Of a DNA stretch of 64,000 nucleotides, positions 1 through 13,926 are shown in pieces; position 1 is the stretch's first letter; each line of letters begins with the position of its first letter. Origin of the DNA: Neocallimastix sp. 'constans'. Taxonomy: Eukaryota. Both the position numbers and the translations under genes were made by a program. Below the pieces are notes generated by a model. The model saw only the letters and a program-made list of their open reading frames with translations, did no database searches and was not told where the DNA came from. The stretch covers positions 372,001-436,000 of the forward strand of contig JBODTK010000138.1 of NCBI GenBank assembly GCA_050613775.1. Reading direction: 5' to 3'.

Positions 1-1104
1 GTGTTCTGAGTGAACAAATGGAAGTGGAGGTAATATAGTCATTCTCAATGGTCCAGTTGGAGCTAATAAAATTAATGATTTAAAATGGGCGATGTATTGG
101 TCTAATTTATAAAAATTATTATTAATTTATTTGGCAAAAAAAATTAATGAAAAGTTATAAAAAAAAATAATAAAAAATAAAATAAAATAAATAAAAATTT
201 AATTTTTTTTTTTTTTTTTTATGAATAAACTTTTCATTAAATAATTCATAATATATATATATATATATATATATTTACTTGGTTGTTCGAAGACAACTGG
301 ATAACCTAAAAGTAGTTCATGATTAACACATTCAGTAATACCTAATCTTCCACGTTTATCTTCTAAAGCACTATTATTATTATTATTATTAAATATTATA
401 TTTGATATAATACGAATATTAAAGTTTTATTTTAATAAATTTTAGATTAGAACTTTATTTAATTTATTTTATTGTATTGTACTTATTGATTTTATTTTTA
501 ATTTCTTTTTTTCCTTTTTTTTTTTTTTTCTTTTTTTTTTTTTTTACCTTAACGAGAATGGGAAAATACCAAATCTTCTTGTAATTTCATTAAATACATT
601 ACGTGAAGCCTTTAACTTTAAATTATAAGTTTTATTAACATTTCTTTGGTATATAGTTGGTTTTGGTTCATTTTCACGAACTTTACCATCACCAGTTGAC
701 ATTAAAATATTAATGGAGTAAACATCATTATAATGGAATTCAAAATCATCATTTTCATTTGGTATAACAGAATTTGGAATAATATGTTCTTGATCTTGAA
801 TATATCTACGGACTAATGGTGAACAGGTATTTTCAACTGGACGACAATCAAAATGTTTAGCAATACGTTGAATAGCTTTAGTAACATCTGATGCTTTATT
901 TCCTGGTTTAATGATACGATGTGCGACTTCAAGAGCCATGTATGCTGCACAAATAACATCAGCAGCACGACCTATTTAAAATATTAAAACAATTTATATA
1001 ATTTATACAATAAATATATATATATATATAAATATATACATATATAAAATTTATACAATAAAATTTAAAAAAAAATTAATAAAATTTAGAATTACATATA
1101 TTTC

Positions 1105-1172
<68 letters not shown>

Positions 1173-1174
1173 TT

Positions 1175-1210
<36 letters not shown>

Positions 1211-1514
1211 TTAATACTGAAAAATCTTTTATCTATACATACCAATAATTGCTTTTTCGGGAGATGGATTTAAGATAGTAGTATGAGCAACAGAAGCCAT
1301 GTAACCATCAATATGAACACCTAATTCAACTTTAACAATATCACCAGTTTGAAGGGTATATGGATCTTCTGGTAATGGTGAATAGTTTTGAGAACAATTA
1401 CTGTAATTTATAATTTATTTATTTTATATTTTTTATTTGTAAATTTACCAAAATTGAATTTAAAAGATTAATAAATTAATTGACTTTTTTTTTTTTTTTT
1501 TTTTTTTTTAAGAA

Positions 1515-1593
<79 letters not shown>

Positions 1594-2341
1594 TATATAT
1601 ATAATTTATTTTAAAAGGAATTTTGATAAATACTTTAAATTAATACAGGTTGGAAAAGCAATACCTTTTTCAAAGTTTGATTTCTTGTAGAATTTATTAC
1701 ACTATTATATATATATATATATCAATTCGTAAAATTTTGTTTATTAAATTTAATATTTTAATTAATTTTTATTGACTTTTGTCATAATGTTTATATATTT
1801 TATTTTATTCTTATTAAATTGTTTTATTTTATTTTATTTTTTTTTTTTTTGAAAAAAAAAAATTTTTTTAGTAAAAGTATTTTTTTTATATATATACTAA
1901 CTAAATCAATAATAAGGTTATCGCTGAAAGCACATATTTCGGAAATAACAGCATCTGGTTTTAATAAAGCAACAACTTGTCTTAAAACTTCATTTGCAAT
2001 ATCTTTATATTATATATATATGAGTATGTATATATAATGTAATAAATTTAAGTATTATGTTTGAATTTATTTTTTTTTCTATATATATTATGTATAATAA
2101 AAATTGGATTCCAATATAGATGTAAAATGTGTTATTTTATTTTATTTTTTTATTTTTTTAGAGTTTTTGTTTACTTTTTAAATTTAATTTTTCTCTCTCT
2201 CTCTGTGTGTGTATGTAGTATTGGTGTGGGTGACTATAAAATTATAATTCAATTGATTTATGAAAATGAAATCCAATTTTTATTTATAGCAATTTTGAAT
2301 ATATATATATTTTATCTAAAATCAATAAATAATTTCAATTC

Positions 2342-2388
<47 letters not shown>

Positions 2389-2492
2389 CCAGAAGCAAGT
2401 TTGTATTTGCTTAAAATGTTACTATCATGTAAATTATTATCAGCATTTAATTTTGCTTGATGTTCTTCAAAAGTAGTCATAGTATAATCCAT
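1..2492 (-). CDS. PA2G4: PA2G4/Ebp1/Arx1-like M24-fold pre-60S factor; spliced (about 7 exons in window), 3' end runs off the left edge
   Basis: Manual splicing from ATG at 2492 gives MDYTMTTFEE...SKYKLASDIANEVLRQV...KGIAFPTCINLNNCSQNYSP...GDIVKVELGVHIDGYMASVAHT...GRAADVICAAYMALEVAHRIIKPGNK...YNLKLKASRNVFNEITRRFGIFPFSLRALEDKRGRLGITECVNHELL. These are PA2G4 motifs. Introns are GT-AG. MetAP2 metal-ligand positions are altered (KVELG, SVAHT), as expected for the inactive Ebp1/Arx1 branch. Confidence 0.88.
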
Positions 2493-2823
2493 GGTGATAT
2501 ATATTTATTTATTTATTTTTAAAAAAATAATAAAATGAAAGAAAAGTAAAATGAAGTTATAATATTTTAATTAAATAATTTTATTTTTTTTTCTTATAAC
2601 TTTCAAAAAAATATATATATAAATAATTATATAAAAGAGTAAAAATACTAAAAAAAAAAAAAAAAAAGATAACAATGTATTAAATTTAAATTTAATAAAA
2701 AAAATTATTCAAAATTAAAATTAAAAAAATAAAAAAATAAAAAAAAAAAAGATCTTTTCTTAATGGTTTTTAAATTATGATTGGTTAATAATTAATTATT
2801 GTTTTTTTTTTTTATTTTTTTTA

Positions 2824-2854
<31 letters not shown>

Positions 2855-2885
2855 ATTTTTTTTTTAAAAAATTTAAAATTAATTA

Positions 2886-4310
2886 ATGGTAAAATTATAA
2901 ATTAAGTTACTATTATCATAATATATATAAATATATATATATATATAATTTAAAGAATAGTGAAATTAGAAATTATTGATAGAAATTTGTTTTGAAAAAA
3001 AATTGAAATTCATTTAGAATTAGATGATAAATAAATTAAAAATAGAAAATAATAATAAAAATAATTTTTTATAATTGTATATTAGATTACAATTTTACAT
3101 TAAAATAACTATAGTTACATTTTTTTAACTAATTATATAATTTTCTTTTTAAAAAAAATGAATAAATAAATGAAAGAAATCTAGTTCATATACTTATATA
3201 TGATATATATAATTATACTCAAATTATTTTTATTTTTATTTTTATTATTATTAATATTATTTTTTTATTAAAAATAAAAAAAAAATAAAAAAGGACGGAA
3301 ATCCACCAAAAAAAATTACATTTGATAGTCAGGTCTTTGACCTTGCTTTCCATCCACAAAATGAAATTGTTGCTGCTGGTTTACTTACAGGAGAAGTTTA
3401 CTGGTAAAAAATATATATATTTATATTAAATAAAATATTTATTTAAATAATAATAATAATAATAATAATAATATTAAAGAGAGAGAGAGAGAGAGAAAAA
3501 AAAAAAAAAAGATAATTATTTAACTGAAATTTATAAATTTACATTATTGTTAAATATTTTTAAATTTTTATATTTTATATTTTATATTTTATATTTTATA
3601 TTTTATATTTTATATTTTATATTTTATATTTTATATTTTATATTTTATATTTTATATTTTATATTTTATATTTTATATTTTATATTCTATATATTATATA
3701 CATTATATATATATATATATATTCAGTTATAAATATTCGGTTGAAAATGAAAATGAATTAAAATATAAATTAGCTGAACATAAAAAGTCATGTCGTTCAC
3801 TTGAATTTAATTTAGAAGGAAATAGTAAATATCATTGAGTAATAATGAAAATTAATAAATTAAAAAAATATTAAATTGAGAAAATAAATAAATAAAATAA
3901 CAATTTTTAAATACATCTCTGTTAATAACAATCTATAATATAATTATAAATATATAATCAATAAATATAATCAAAGAATTATATACAGCTTCATTAGATA
4001 AATCAATTATTGAATATGATGCTGCTACAGGAAAAAAAATATATTTAAATGCAGATGCCCATGAGTATGTATATATAAATTTATATATCAACATTTTTTT
4101 TTTTTTTAAAATTATAAAAAATATTCTTAATCTTTAAAATTAATTTCTCATTATGAAATATTAATAATTTAATTATATATGGGTTAAATTTAAATAATAA
4201 AGTTCACCAATTAATAAAATTTTATGTTTAAATGAAAATGTTATGGCTTCAGGTGATGATGATGGTATTGTCAAGGTATGAAAATAAAAATATATATATA
4301 TTCAATAATT

Positions 4311-4344
<34 letters not shown>

Positions 4345-5776
4345 TTAATTACTTTTTAATATTAAAATAATACAATATATATATATATATATAAATTATT
4401 ATGTAATAAAATATGTTTTTATCAATATAATTTTATTAACGTACAATAAATAAATAAAAAAAAAAATTTTTTTTAATATTAAAAATTTTGATTAAAAAAA
4501 AAAAAAAAAAAAAAAAAGTTATGGGATGTTAGAAAAAATAAGGCTATTATGCAATGGCAAGAAAATGAAGATTATATATCCGATATGAAATTTGTTCCTG
4601 AAAAAAGAAATTTATTAGTATCAGGGTAAATTCTTCAATAAAAAAAAAAAAAAAAAAGAAATAATAGAATACAACAATATATATTTATTTTAATTTTTTA
4701 TCATTTCAAATTATTCAAAAAAAATTGAAATATATTTTTAAATTAACAAATTTAAATATAAATATATATATATATTTTGTTTGATTAGTGCTGATGGTTA
4801 TTTCTCAGTATTTGATATTCGTAAGAAGGATGTTTATGCTAGATCAGATAACTTAGATGATGAATTATTATCTATTACTCTTGTAAAAGTAAATTTTAAA
4901 GTTATATAGATATCTTCATATATAGAGCTATTATTAGTTATATATATATATATTATTAATTATTTTTATTATTATCATTGAAAATATTATTAATAAATAA
5001 TGTATTATATTATATTATATTTTATATATATATGTTTTTTTTTTTTTTTTTAATAATAATATATATATATATATATATTCATATTCATATTATTATAAAA
5101 GAATAAATCAAAGGTTGTTGTTGGATCACAAGAAGGTATCCTAAATATCTTTACATATGGTGATTGGGGTGATGTTTCTGATCGATTCCCAGGACATCCA
5201 CAATCAATAGATGCTTTATGTACTATTGATGAAAATACCATTTGTACTGGTTCAAGTGATGGTTTAATTCGTGTTATTAGTATTTTACCAAATAAATTAG
5301 TTGGAGTCATTGGAAGTCATGATGACTATCCAATTGAACAATTAAAACTTACACATGATGGTAAATTTATGGGAAGTTGTTCTCATGATAATACTATTAA
5401 ATTTTGGGATATTGATTATTTCTTTAATGATGATGAAGATGATGAAGATGAAGAAGATAACTATGAATTTTCAGGATTTGCAGGAGAAGGTAGTGATAAT
5501 GATGAAAGTGAAGATAATGATGATGAAAATGAAGATGAAGAAGATGAAACAAATGAAGATGGTAAAGGAAAGAAAAAAGATAAAGGAAAAAGAAAATTAG
5601 AAGAAGTTGATGATGATGAAGATGATGACGATGATGACGATGACGATGATGATGATGATGATGATAGTGATGGTGATAGTAGTAGTAAGAAAAAGAAAAA
5701 GAAATCAAAGAAAGCTAAACGTGGTATTGGAGGTTCCGTAAAAGCAACTAATTCCTTCTTTGCAGGTCTTGATTAA
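2886..5776 (+). CDS. WDR55: WD40 protein WDR55/Jip5-like (nucleolar rRNA processing), spliced, with acidic/basic C-terminal tail
   Basis: Exons from 3294 read DGNPPKKITFDSQVFDLAFHPQNEIVAAGLLTGEVYC / HKKSCRSLEF / ASGDDDGIVK / LWDVRK..ENEDYISDM / VVVGSQEGILNIF..WGDVSDRFPGHPQSID..CTGSSDGLIR..SCSHDNTIKFWD, then a D/E tract, a K tract and NSFFAGLD* at 5776. The start is inferred from ATG|gtaaaa at 2886-2888 and is less certain. Confidence 0.85.
3565..3685. repeat. (TTTTATA)n heptamer minisatellite inside a WDR55 intron
   Basis: Visible tandem ttttata units; they produce the spurious FIFYILY ORF 3547..3732. Confidence 0.9.
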
Positions 5777-5905
5777 AATATTATTAAAAAACAAACAAAC
5801 AAACAAAAAAAACATCGTATTTTATTTATAAAAAAAAAAATATTAAACTAAAAATTTTTATATTTTTCATCAAAAAAAAAAAAACTATAGTAGAAAGTAG
5901 AAATA

Positions 5906-5937
<32 letters not shown>

Positions 5938-6208
5938 ATAAATTGTATCCATTTAATAATGTTTTTTAATTTCTTATTTTATTTTATTTTTTAAAAAAAA
6001 AAAATTCGTAATTCAATAATTTTATATATATATATATAAACAAATTATATATAATTATCTATATGTTATTAAAGTTTACACTGAAACTTTATATACATTA
6101 GGACCTTACACATAGTGTATACATACTTTTAACTATATAAAAAAGAAAAAGAAACAATGATAATAATGATAATAATTTATATTTAAATTGAAATCTTTTA
6201 TATTAATA

Positions 6209-6241
<33 letters not shown>

Positions 6242-6476
6242 ATAATAAATATCATAAATAACTGATTAATATTATGTGTTGATAAGTGTTGAGTGAATTC
6301 TAACTTTTTCTTTAACGGATTAAGAGTTGCATTAAGCTGAGACTATCCTATTAATTATCCTATTAATATTTTAAATTTTATAAAAAAAAAAAAAAAAATA
6401 TTTTAATTATATACATTTCTCATTTTAAATAAATTTCTATTATGAATTATAAAATGGACTTTAAATTTTAAATTTT

Positions 6477-6518
<42 letters not shown>

Positions 6519-6786
6519 TATAAATTTCTAAAATGATATTTAAAAAAACTGACAACTCTACTTATCTTAGTATTCCCTTTTGATGAATTTTTTATCATTG
6601 AAACCTATACAATCCATATTGAACGGTAATTTTAAATGTCAAGTTAAATTTCGTACTTTCGGTTTCTTCTAAATAGCTCTATTCCTCTCCCATTGAAGAA
6701 ATATGTTTTTAATTTCCTTTATTCTTGGTCTTGTTTTATATCATCCTCCTCTATTTGGTTCAAATAAGAGCAGATGCTCTAATGCT

Positions 6787-6836
<50 letters not shown>

Positions 6837-7091
6837 ATAGAGGAATTTATTGGAGTTTATGGATTTAAATCTCATAATTCTTAGGTTAGTCTCCCTGATA
6901 TTTCTCTTGACTATAAAATATTTAAATATTAAATAAAATGTAGATTAAAATAAGAATAGTAAAACTAGGTAATGCATAATGTAGAGGGAATGCTTTAAGC
7001 TTTACATTTACTTTATGTACATTATAAAAGAAAAAAAAATTATTAAAAAAATTATTAAAAAATAAATATATATATATATATACTATATTTT

Positions 7092-7130
<39 letters not shown>

Positions 7131-7181
7131 CTTTATATCAATTAAAATATTTCATCCTATGGTCATATAAACTTTTTTTAA

Positions 7182-7257
<76 letters not shown>

Positions 7258-7867
7258 TTAATATAAAATGAAGTAATATAACAATATAAAATTAAAAATA
7301 TTAACTATGAAATAAAGAAATATAATAATATAATATTAAAAATATTGAATTTTATTTAAATAGTATAATTTTTCTTTCTTTTTTTTTTTTTCTTTTTTTT
7401 TTATTATTTTTAAATTTTATGATAATTTATATTAATATATATATATATATATATGTATTTCAATATTGAATAGGGAATACTGTATTTTAAAATAAATAAA
7501 AAGAAATTTTTGTTTAAGATTTTATATATATATATACATATATATATTATAATAGTTCTAAGTTAATGTTATATATTATAAATATAGTATTTTCTATAAA
7601 TTGCAAGAATGTTTAAAATGAATAATAAAGAAAATAAACAAAAAAAAAAAATTTTTTTTTTAAAAATGAATTGAATAGAGAAATAGTAAATGAAAATTAT
7701 TTATATAAAAAATTGATAATAAAAAAAATTAACAAAAAAAAAAAATTAAAAAATTAAAAAAAAAAAAATAAAATAAAATAAAATTTTATAAATAAATAAA
7801 TAAATTTGAATTTTTAATTTTATCTTTAATTTTTTTTTTTTTTTTTTTTTTAATTAATCTATTTCAA

Positions 7868-8329
7868 TTATAAATCTTCTTCATCAAAATATTCAATATC
7901 GCCATTGGCTGCCAATTCATCTAATTCATTTCCATCCTCATAAAATTCATCTTCTGAGTCAAATTCATCATTTTCACCTTCCTCTTCATCTTCTTCCATA
8001 TCAGTATTATCTTCAGCTAATAATTAATTAAATTAAATTTAAAAATAAAAAAATAAAAAAATAAAAAAATAAAACATAATATATATAATAATTATAATAA
8101 AATAAAATAATATTAGTAATATATAAAATTTTTATTATATATATATTTATTTTTAATTAATATATATTCAAAAATATATATTTAAAAAATAATTATAATG
8201 ATTATATTTATTTATAATAGTAATAATAATAATAATAATATATTTAATTGATTTTTAATTATTTATTACCTTCTTCATCATATACAACCTCAGCTTCTTG
8301 ACTTATTTTCATTTGGTTACGTGTAACAA

Positions 8330-8360
<31 letters not shown>

Positions 8361-8757
8361 AATAATTATTTAATAAAAAATTATATTTAAACATATAAAT
8401 TATTACTTATTACATTTTATAATAACGTTTTGTATATATATGTATATATTATTGATTTTAAAATTATTTTAGATACATATAAAATGATTTATTACCTGAG
8501 AATTAATTAAATCAAGTCGACCATTGAGTTGAGATAATTTTCCCATAAGACTAGAACGTTCTTGAAGTAATTGATATAATTCACCAAGTTGTGAAGTTAA
8601 TTCTGGAACCTGTAATATATGAATTTATTTATTTTTTTTTAAAAAAAAAATATATATATATATATAAATTGTTAATTATTAAATTTTTAATAAATTCTAA
8701 GATAATATATATAATTAATTATTATTATTATTCATCAAAAATAAAATATATATCCAT

Positions 8758-8788
<31 letters not shown>

Positions 8789-11390
8789 TATATGTAATTA
8801 ATTTAATTACCGAAATAAGATAAGACATATGTATCATGATAGTATATCTAATCCAATCGAAAATATAACAACCACGTTGTGGTTTCTTTTGAATTCTTTC
8901 CTTTAATAAATTAAGGAATGGTATAACATATTGTGGTGGAAGTCTTTCTAAAGTATTTCTAATAACTTTAATATTGGTTACCGATAAACAAGTTTCTAAT
9001 AATTGTTTATCATTACTATGAACAGCTTGTTGAAGCATATTTTGAATAGATTCACCTTTTGGAATAACCATTTTTTTTGATTTTGTAGAGGTTTCATCCT
9101 GTTTATTAGATTTTATTTCCATTTCTTTTATTCTTTCTTCTAAAGATTTTTCATCTTCACCTGCCTTTTCTGCTTCTTCTTCATCTTCTTCATCTTGTAA
9201 AGACATAGTCATCATTACTCCTGGCTTTGATTGTGTATAAGTACCAGTAGCCTTTTTATCTTCTTTTTTAATTTCACTTTGAAGTAAATTGGTTACAAGA
9301 GATCTGGATAAAGAAATTTCTTCTTTAAATTCACCAGATTCAGTAACTAAATCAGTAATAATTTCGAATTTTGGTTTTACCATAGAACCATAACCAACTA
9401 AAATTTGACATTCACCTGTCTTTGAAGCATTAACGAAAGAAGCAAACATAATATTTAATAATTGTGGCTCTTCATCTTCCTCCTCTTCATTTAAATATAC
9501 AATCTTTAATTTTGAATCGAAACCTTTCGTCAAAATCTTTTGTCTCTTCTTTTTATCATTATTTTCATTAGAGGAAGACATATTATTCCATAAATATAAA
9601 ATACCATCTTCACCAATAGCTAAAACATTATTACTTGAGTTAACACTAACAGATACTGGCATAGTATCCATAGTTAATGCAGAAACAGTTTTACCTTTTC
9701 CTGATTCATTATTTTCTTGACCCCAAATAGATATAAATCTATCTTGATCAGCAACAGTAATGAATGTATTATTTTCTGAAAAAACAACTTGACGAATATC
9801 AGTTGCATGACCTGGATATGTCTATTTAATTATTAATTTTGAATAATAAATAATAATAATAATAATAATAAAAATAAAAATAAAAATAAATATAAAAATA
9901 AATATAAATATAAAAATAAATATAAAAAATAAAAATAAAAATAAAAATAAAAATAAAAATGAATATAAATTATATGTATATATATATTATATAGTAAAAA
10001 ATATTTAAGATTTAAAATTGTAATTTTTTTTTTTTTAAAAGATTTATTGTAATATTATATATATATATTTTATATATATATGTATTTCATTATTATTTAT
10101 AATATATTTAAGTATATTCAAAATTTTTTAAATACCTTAATTAAAGATTTAGTTTCTAAATCAAATAAATTAATAGATTGACCAGCTACATATAATATTT
10201 TATTATCTTTTGAAATATTTAATTTAGTGACAAAATCAATACCACTTAACCATTTACTAACAATTATTAATAAAAAATAAAAAAAAAAATAAAATAAAAA
10301 TATATTTCATTAGCATTAATTATAATTTGTTTTATATTATATTTAATTTTCTTTTTATATATATAAATTCTAATTTTAATTTTAATAATATATTATGATT
10401 AAAATAAAAAAAAAAAAAAAATTTACTTCATTTCCATTCCATTATTAATATCCCATTCAACAACATAACCATCAGTACCAATAGAATAACCTTTCTTTGA
10501 ATTTTCAGAGAATACAAAATCGACAACCTTACTATTATGTCCACCTTGTAATCTTTTTATAACATCACCATGTGTTAATGAATAGATTTCAATATCACCA
10601 TTTTCAGTACCTAATGCTATGTAATTATTAACTGTTGTGGTTGAAGCTCCTTTTCTCTTTTTTCTTAAAGAAACCTGTAATACGTTATTATAATTACATA
10701 TATAAAATATTTATATATATATACATATACATTTAATTTAGTATTTTTATCTTTTAATATATGCATATAGGTTCAAATTTTAAATTCATTTTAAAATTTC
10801 TATTATTATAGTTAAAGTCTATTGAAAATACTAATCATAAATATATATATATATATATTCAATATCAATAATAAAATGTTGCTTATAAAAACTTTTCGTT
10901 TTAACATATTTTTTAATTTTTATTTGAAACTAAATTTCTAATTTTGAAAAATGATGTATATATATATTTTGTGTGTGTATATAAATACGAAGAATAATCA
11001 TAACAAAATATTAAAAAAAAAAAATAAAAAATAAAAAAAATAAAATAAAATAAAATAAATAAAATAAAATAAAAATAATAATTGATTTACATCAGATTCA
11101 ATTTCAGTAACTTCTACAGATTCACCCCATGTTAAACTAGTATAACGACAATCGACTTGTTTTGGTGAATATTCTCCAATTAAGACTGAAGTTTTAACAT
11201 CCCAAATTTTTAATCTATGTTGATCAATAGCTTGAAGTACAGCTGCTAAATAACTTGGTGGTGTTGAATTTTTATCTGAAGCCTTATCAAAACTAGCTAA
11301 AATTGGTGGTGGAACTTCAACAACATTGGCGAGTGTTGAAATTTTATTAGCAAATGAATTGTTGGACTTCTTTTTAAATTTTCCAGCCAT
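7868..11390 (-). CDS. UTP5: WDR43/Utp5-like t-UTP SSU processome protein (WD40 + Utp12 domain + acidic tail), spliced
   Basis: MAGKFKKK..RLKIWDVKT..YTSLTWG / IALGTENGDIEIYSLTHGDV..GGHNSKV / YPGHATDIRQV..DRFISIW. A Utp12-type segment follows: SIQNMLQQAVHSNDKQLLETCL..IRNTLERLPPQYVIPFL..DWIRYTIMIHMSYLISVPEL..QLNGRLDLINSQ. Acidic tail ends YFDEEDL* at 7868. Introns are GT-AG. Confidence 0.87.
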
Positions 11391-12624
11391 TTTATATATT
11401 ATAGTATTAATTTAAATTAATAAATAAGAAAGTAATAAATAATTTAAAAGGTAAAAAAAAAAAATAAATAAATAAATAGATATATTTTATAGATATGTAT
11501 TAAAAGTTAAAATGAATAAAAAAAAAATAAATGAAATTTTAAATATTTTTTTTTAAAAAAAAAAATATAAAAAAATATATATTTTATTAATGTGTATGTA
11601 AAATTATTAAAAAAAAAAAAAAAAAAAAAAATTTTTTTTTAATAAATCTTTAAAGTTTTATTTAATTTAATGAATAAATAATATTTCAATAAATAAATTT
11701 ATAAAGATTATTATTATTATTATTATTAATAAAGAAAAGATATATAACTAATATTAAATAATAATATTTATTTAATTAGTATTAATTTATTTAATTATTA
11801 ATTTATCTATTTATTTATTATTTTTTAAAAAAAAAAAAAATTATTTTTATTTTTTTAGGTTTATGACCAATCATATACAAGAAATTTGAAATCTATTTTA
11901 TTGGAAACTGAAATCTTCAAAATAATATATATATATATATATTCATATATATATAATTGTATATTTATAAATTATGCTAATAATAATAACTTATAACCTA
12001 ATTTTTACCCAAAAAAAAAAATAATTTTTTTTAAAAATTTATTATTAAAGTACACATAGTGAAATGATACAAATTATAATTTTTAAATGCTTTTTGAAAG
12101 AGAATTGAAATAATTATTATATTTAGTTCTTTAAAATTAATTATTAATACCTTCCCATTAGATCCTATTTGCAGAATGTGCATAAATATATCAAACGTTT
12201 ATTTCTAAATTATTTGTTGTTCCTTATTTAAATATAATATTATTTGTGGCTTTATTCAGTTTCTAATGGACCACATTTTAACTATTGAATATTATATATT
12301 TCTATATATATTTATAATTTGTGGCTTGTAAATATTTTTATTAATATCTAAATTAAAATGGTTTAAACATAAAAATGCAATTGTTTTCTTTCTATTGAAG
12401 TAACGGATATTTGAAAGATTTTTTTTTTTAATTTATCTTTCTATTTTGATAGTTTTTTTTTTTTTTTTTATTTAAAAAAGTAAGATGAAATATTAATTAT
12501 TTAATTTATTTTTATTTTTATTTTTTTTTTTTTTATTATTTAATTTGAATACTCATCGTTTATTAACATAAATAAATAAAAATAATAATAATAATAAATA
12601 AAATATGATATATACATATATATA

Positions 12625-12990
12625 TTTTAGACTAGGAAGAGAAGATATTTCCAATGCTTTATTAAATAGATAATTACATTTTTAAATGTCTCTATTCACT
12701 AGTATAGGAATTATAGCTCGTCTAACGGTGAAATTCCAACAAAGAAGGAATAGGTAAATATATTTATTGATGAAATTTTAGTATTCTAAAAATATTAGAA
12801 TAGGAGGTAATTAAGGAATGCGTCCTTATTTTATCAATGAATATTATAAAAAGGTCATTGATGAAATTTAAAAAAAAAAAAATTCACATCTATATATTGA
12901 AAAGGAAGAACATTGGAACGTTCCATTAAATAAACGACTGCTCACCTTCTCCACACCATGGACAGTCTTTCGAATAATTGTCAAAAACAA
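12625..12990 (-). mobile_element. 5'-truncated LINE 3' fragment
   Basis: Minus strand reads KDCPWCGEGEQSF..W..QCSSF, matching the C-terminal Cys knuckle of the LINE at ~14640-14710. Its terminus (ttttagactaggaagagaa..ccaatgctttattaa) aligns with the LINE terminus at 13927 and also abuts an AT repeat. Confidence 0.65.
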
Positions 12991-13455
12991 GAAAGGTAAT
13001 AGGGAATAAAAATAAGTTCAAAAGTTAAAAAAAAATTTTTTTTTTTTTTTTTTTTGGTGTGATTTATAAATTATAATGTAACATAATCACCATTTAAATC
13101 TAAAATAATATAACAAAGAAGTAAACAACTTTAAAACAGATAGCGTGATGTCCTCTAAACTCTCTTTGAAAATACAGAAAGATTCTCATTAAGAGAATGA
13201 TTCTCTATATAGATTCTGCGAGAAAGGGGGAAAAAAAACTGTTAGTATTTGTATCTGAACTATATTTATATAATAGGATTACTAATAGAATTGTTGTTCC
13301 TAAGTCATATCGGTATATCGGTACGACGTCGGCACTCTTAGTGCTGATTTTTTTTTTTTTTTTCTTTTTTTTTTTTATAGCCGTAATTGCGAACTTTAAT
13401 CTTTATTTATTTATTCTTATATAAAATACATGAATACTTTTAATTTTAACAAAAA

Positions 13456-13486
<31 letters not shown>

Positions 13487-13599
13487 CACAGAATTAATAA
13501 AATAAAATAAATATTATTTGTCCAATTTGAACATAATAATAAATGAAATAGTAACGTGAAATTAAAAAGCAATAATCAAAAATAAGTGTATTAATAAAT

Positions 13600-13900
13600 T
13601 CTGAAAAAAAGTTCATAGGCAACGAACTTCACCTCCTTATGGATTAGGGTTTGAATTGTCTATCTTAAAGAAATTATGGTCTTCTCTTTCAGAGGCATTT
13701 GGCCCTGCTAGCCTGTCTTACTGTATTTTCAGCGTTGACACTCCTGATTAGTTTGAGCTTATACTTTCGGAAGAGTAACCCTTGCTGAGTACTAGCCCGA
13801 GGGGTAATTTCTGTAAAAAGAGCCGCAGATCGCACCAAGAATGGCGTTTTTGAATAATCACCAGAAATGATTTGGTTCTTAAACAAAATATTCCATTCCT
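13600..13900 (-). mobile_element. Probable LINE 3'-region fragment
   Basis: Elevated GC. The segment cctgctagcctgtcttactgtattttcagcgttgacactc is homologous to 20260-20300, and the SVNA/SVDV-like peptide resembles the tail of the adjacent LINE ORF. Confidence 0.5.
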
Positions 13901-13926
13901 TTATATATATATATATATATATATAT

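Noticed and set aside
1819..2414. Plus-strand ORFs 1819..2037 and 2061..2414
   Set aside because: Antisense to PA2G4 exons/introns; low-complexity F/I/K translations of AT tracts.
5424..5708. Poly-His ORF on the minus strand and Met/Lys-rich ORF 5355..5600
   Set aside because: Antisense and off-frame readings of the (GAT)n acidic tail of WDR55.
6280..7020. GC-elevated patch between WDR55 and UTP5, possibly a decayed gag
   Set aside because: Only vague peptide resemblance; no motif or terminus I can support.
13050..13430. Small GC-rich hairpin (gcact-ctt-agtgc) and ORF 13197..13424
   Set aside because: 5-bp stem inside the LINE debris; no recognisable ncRNA or protein.
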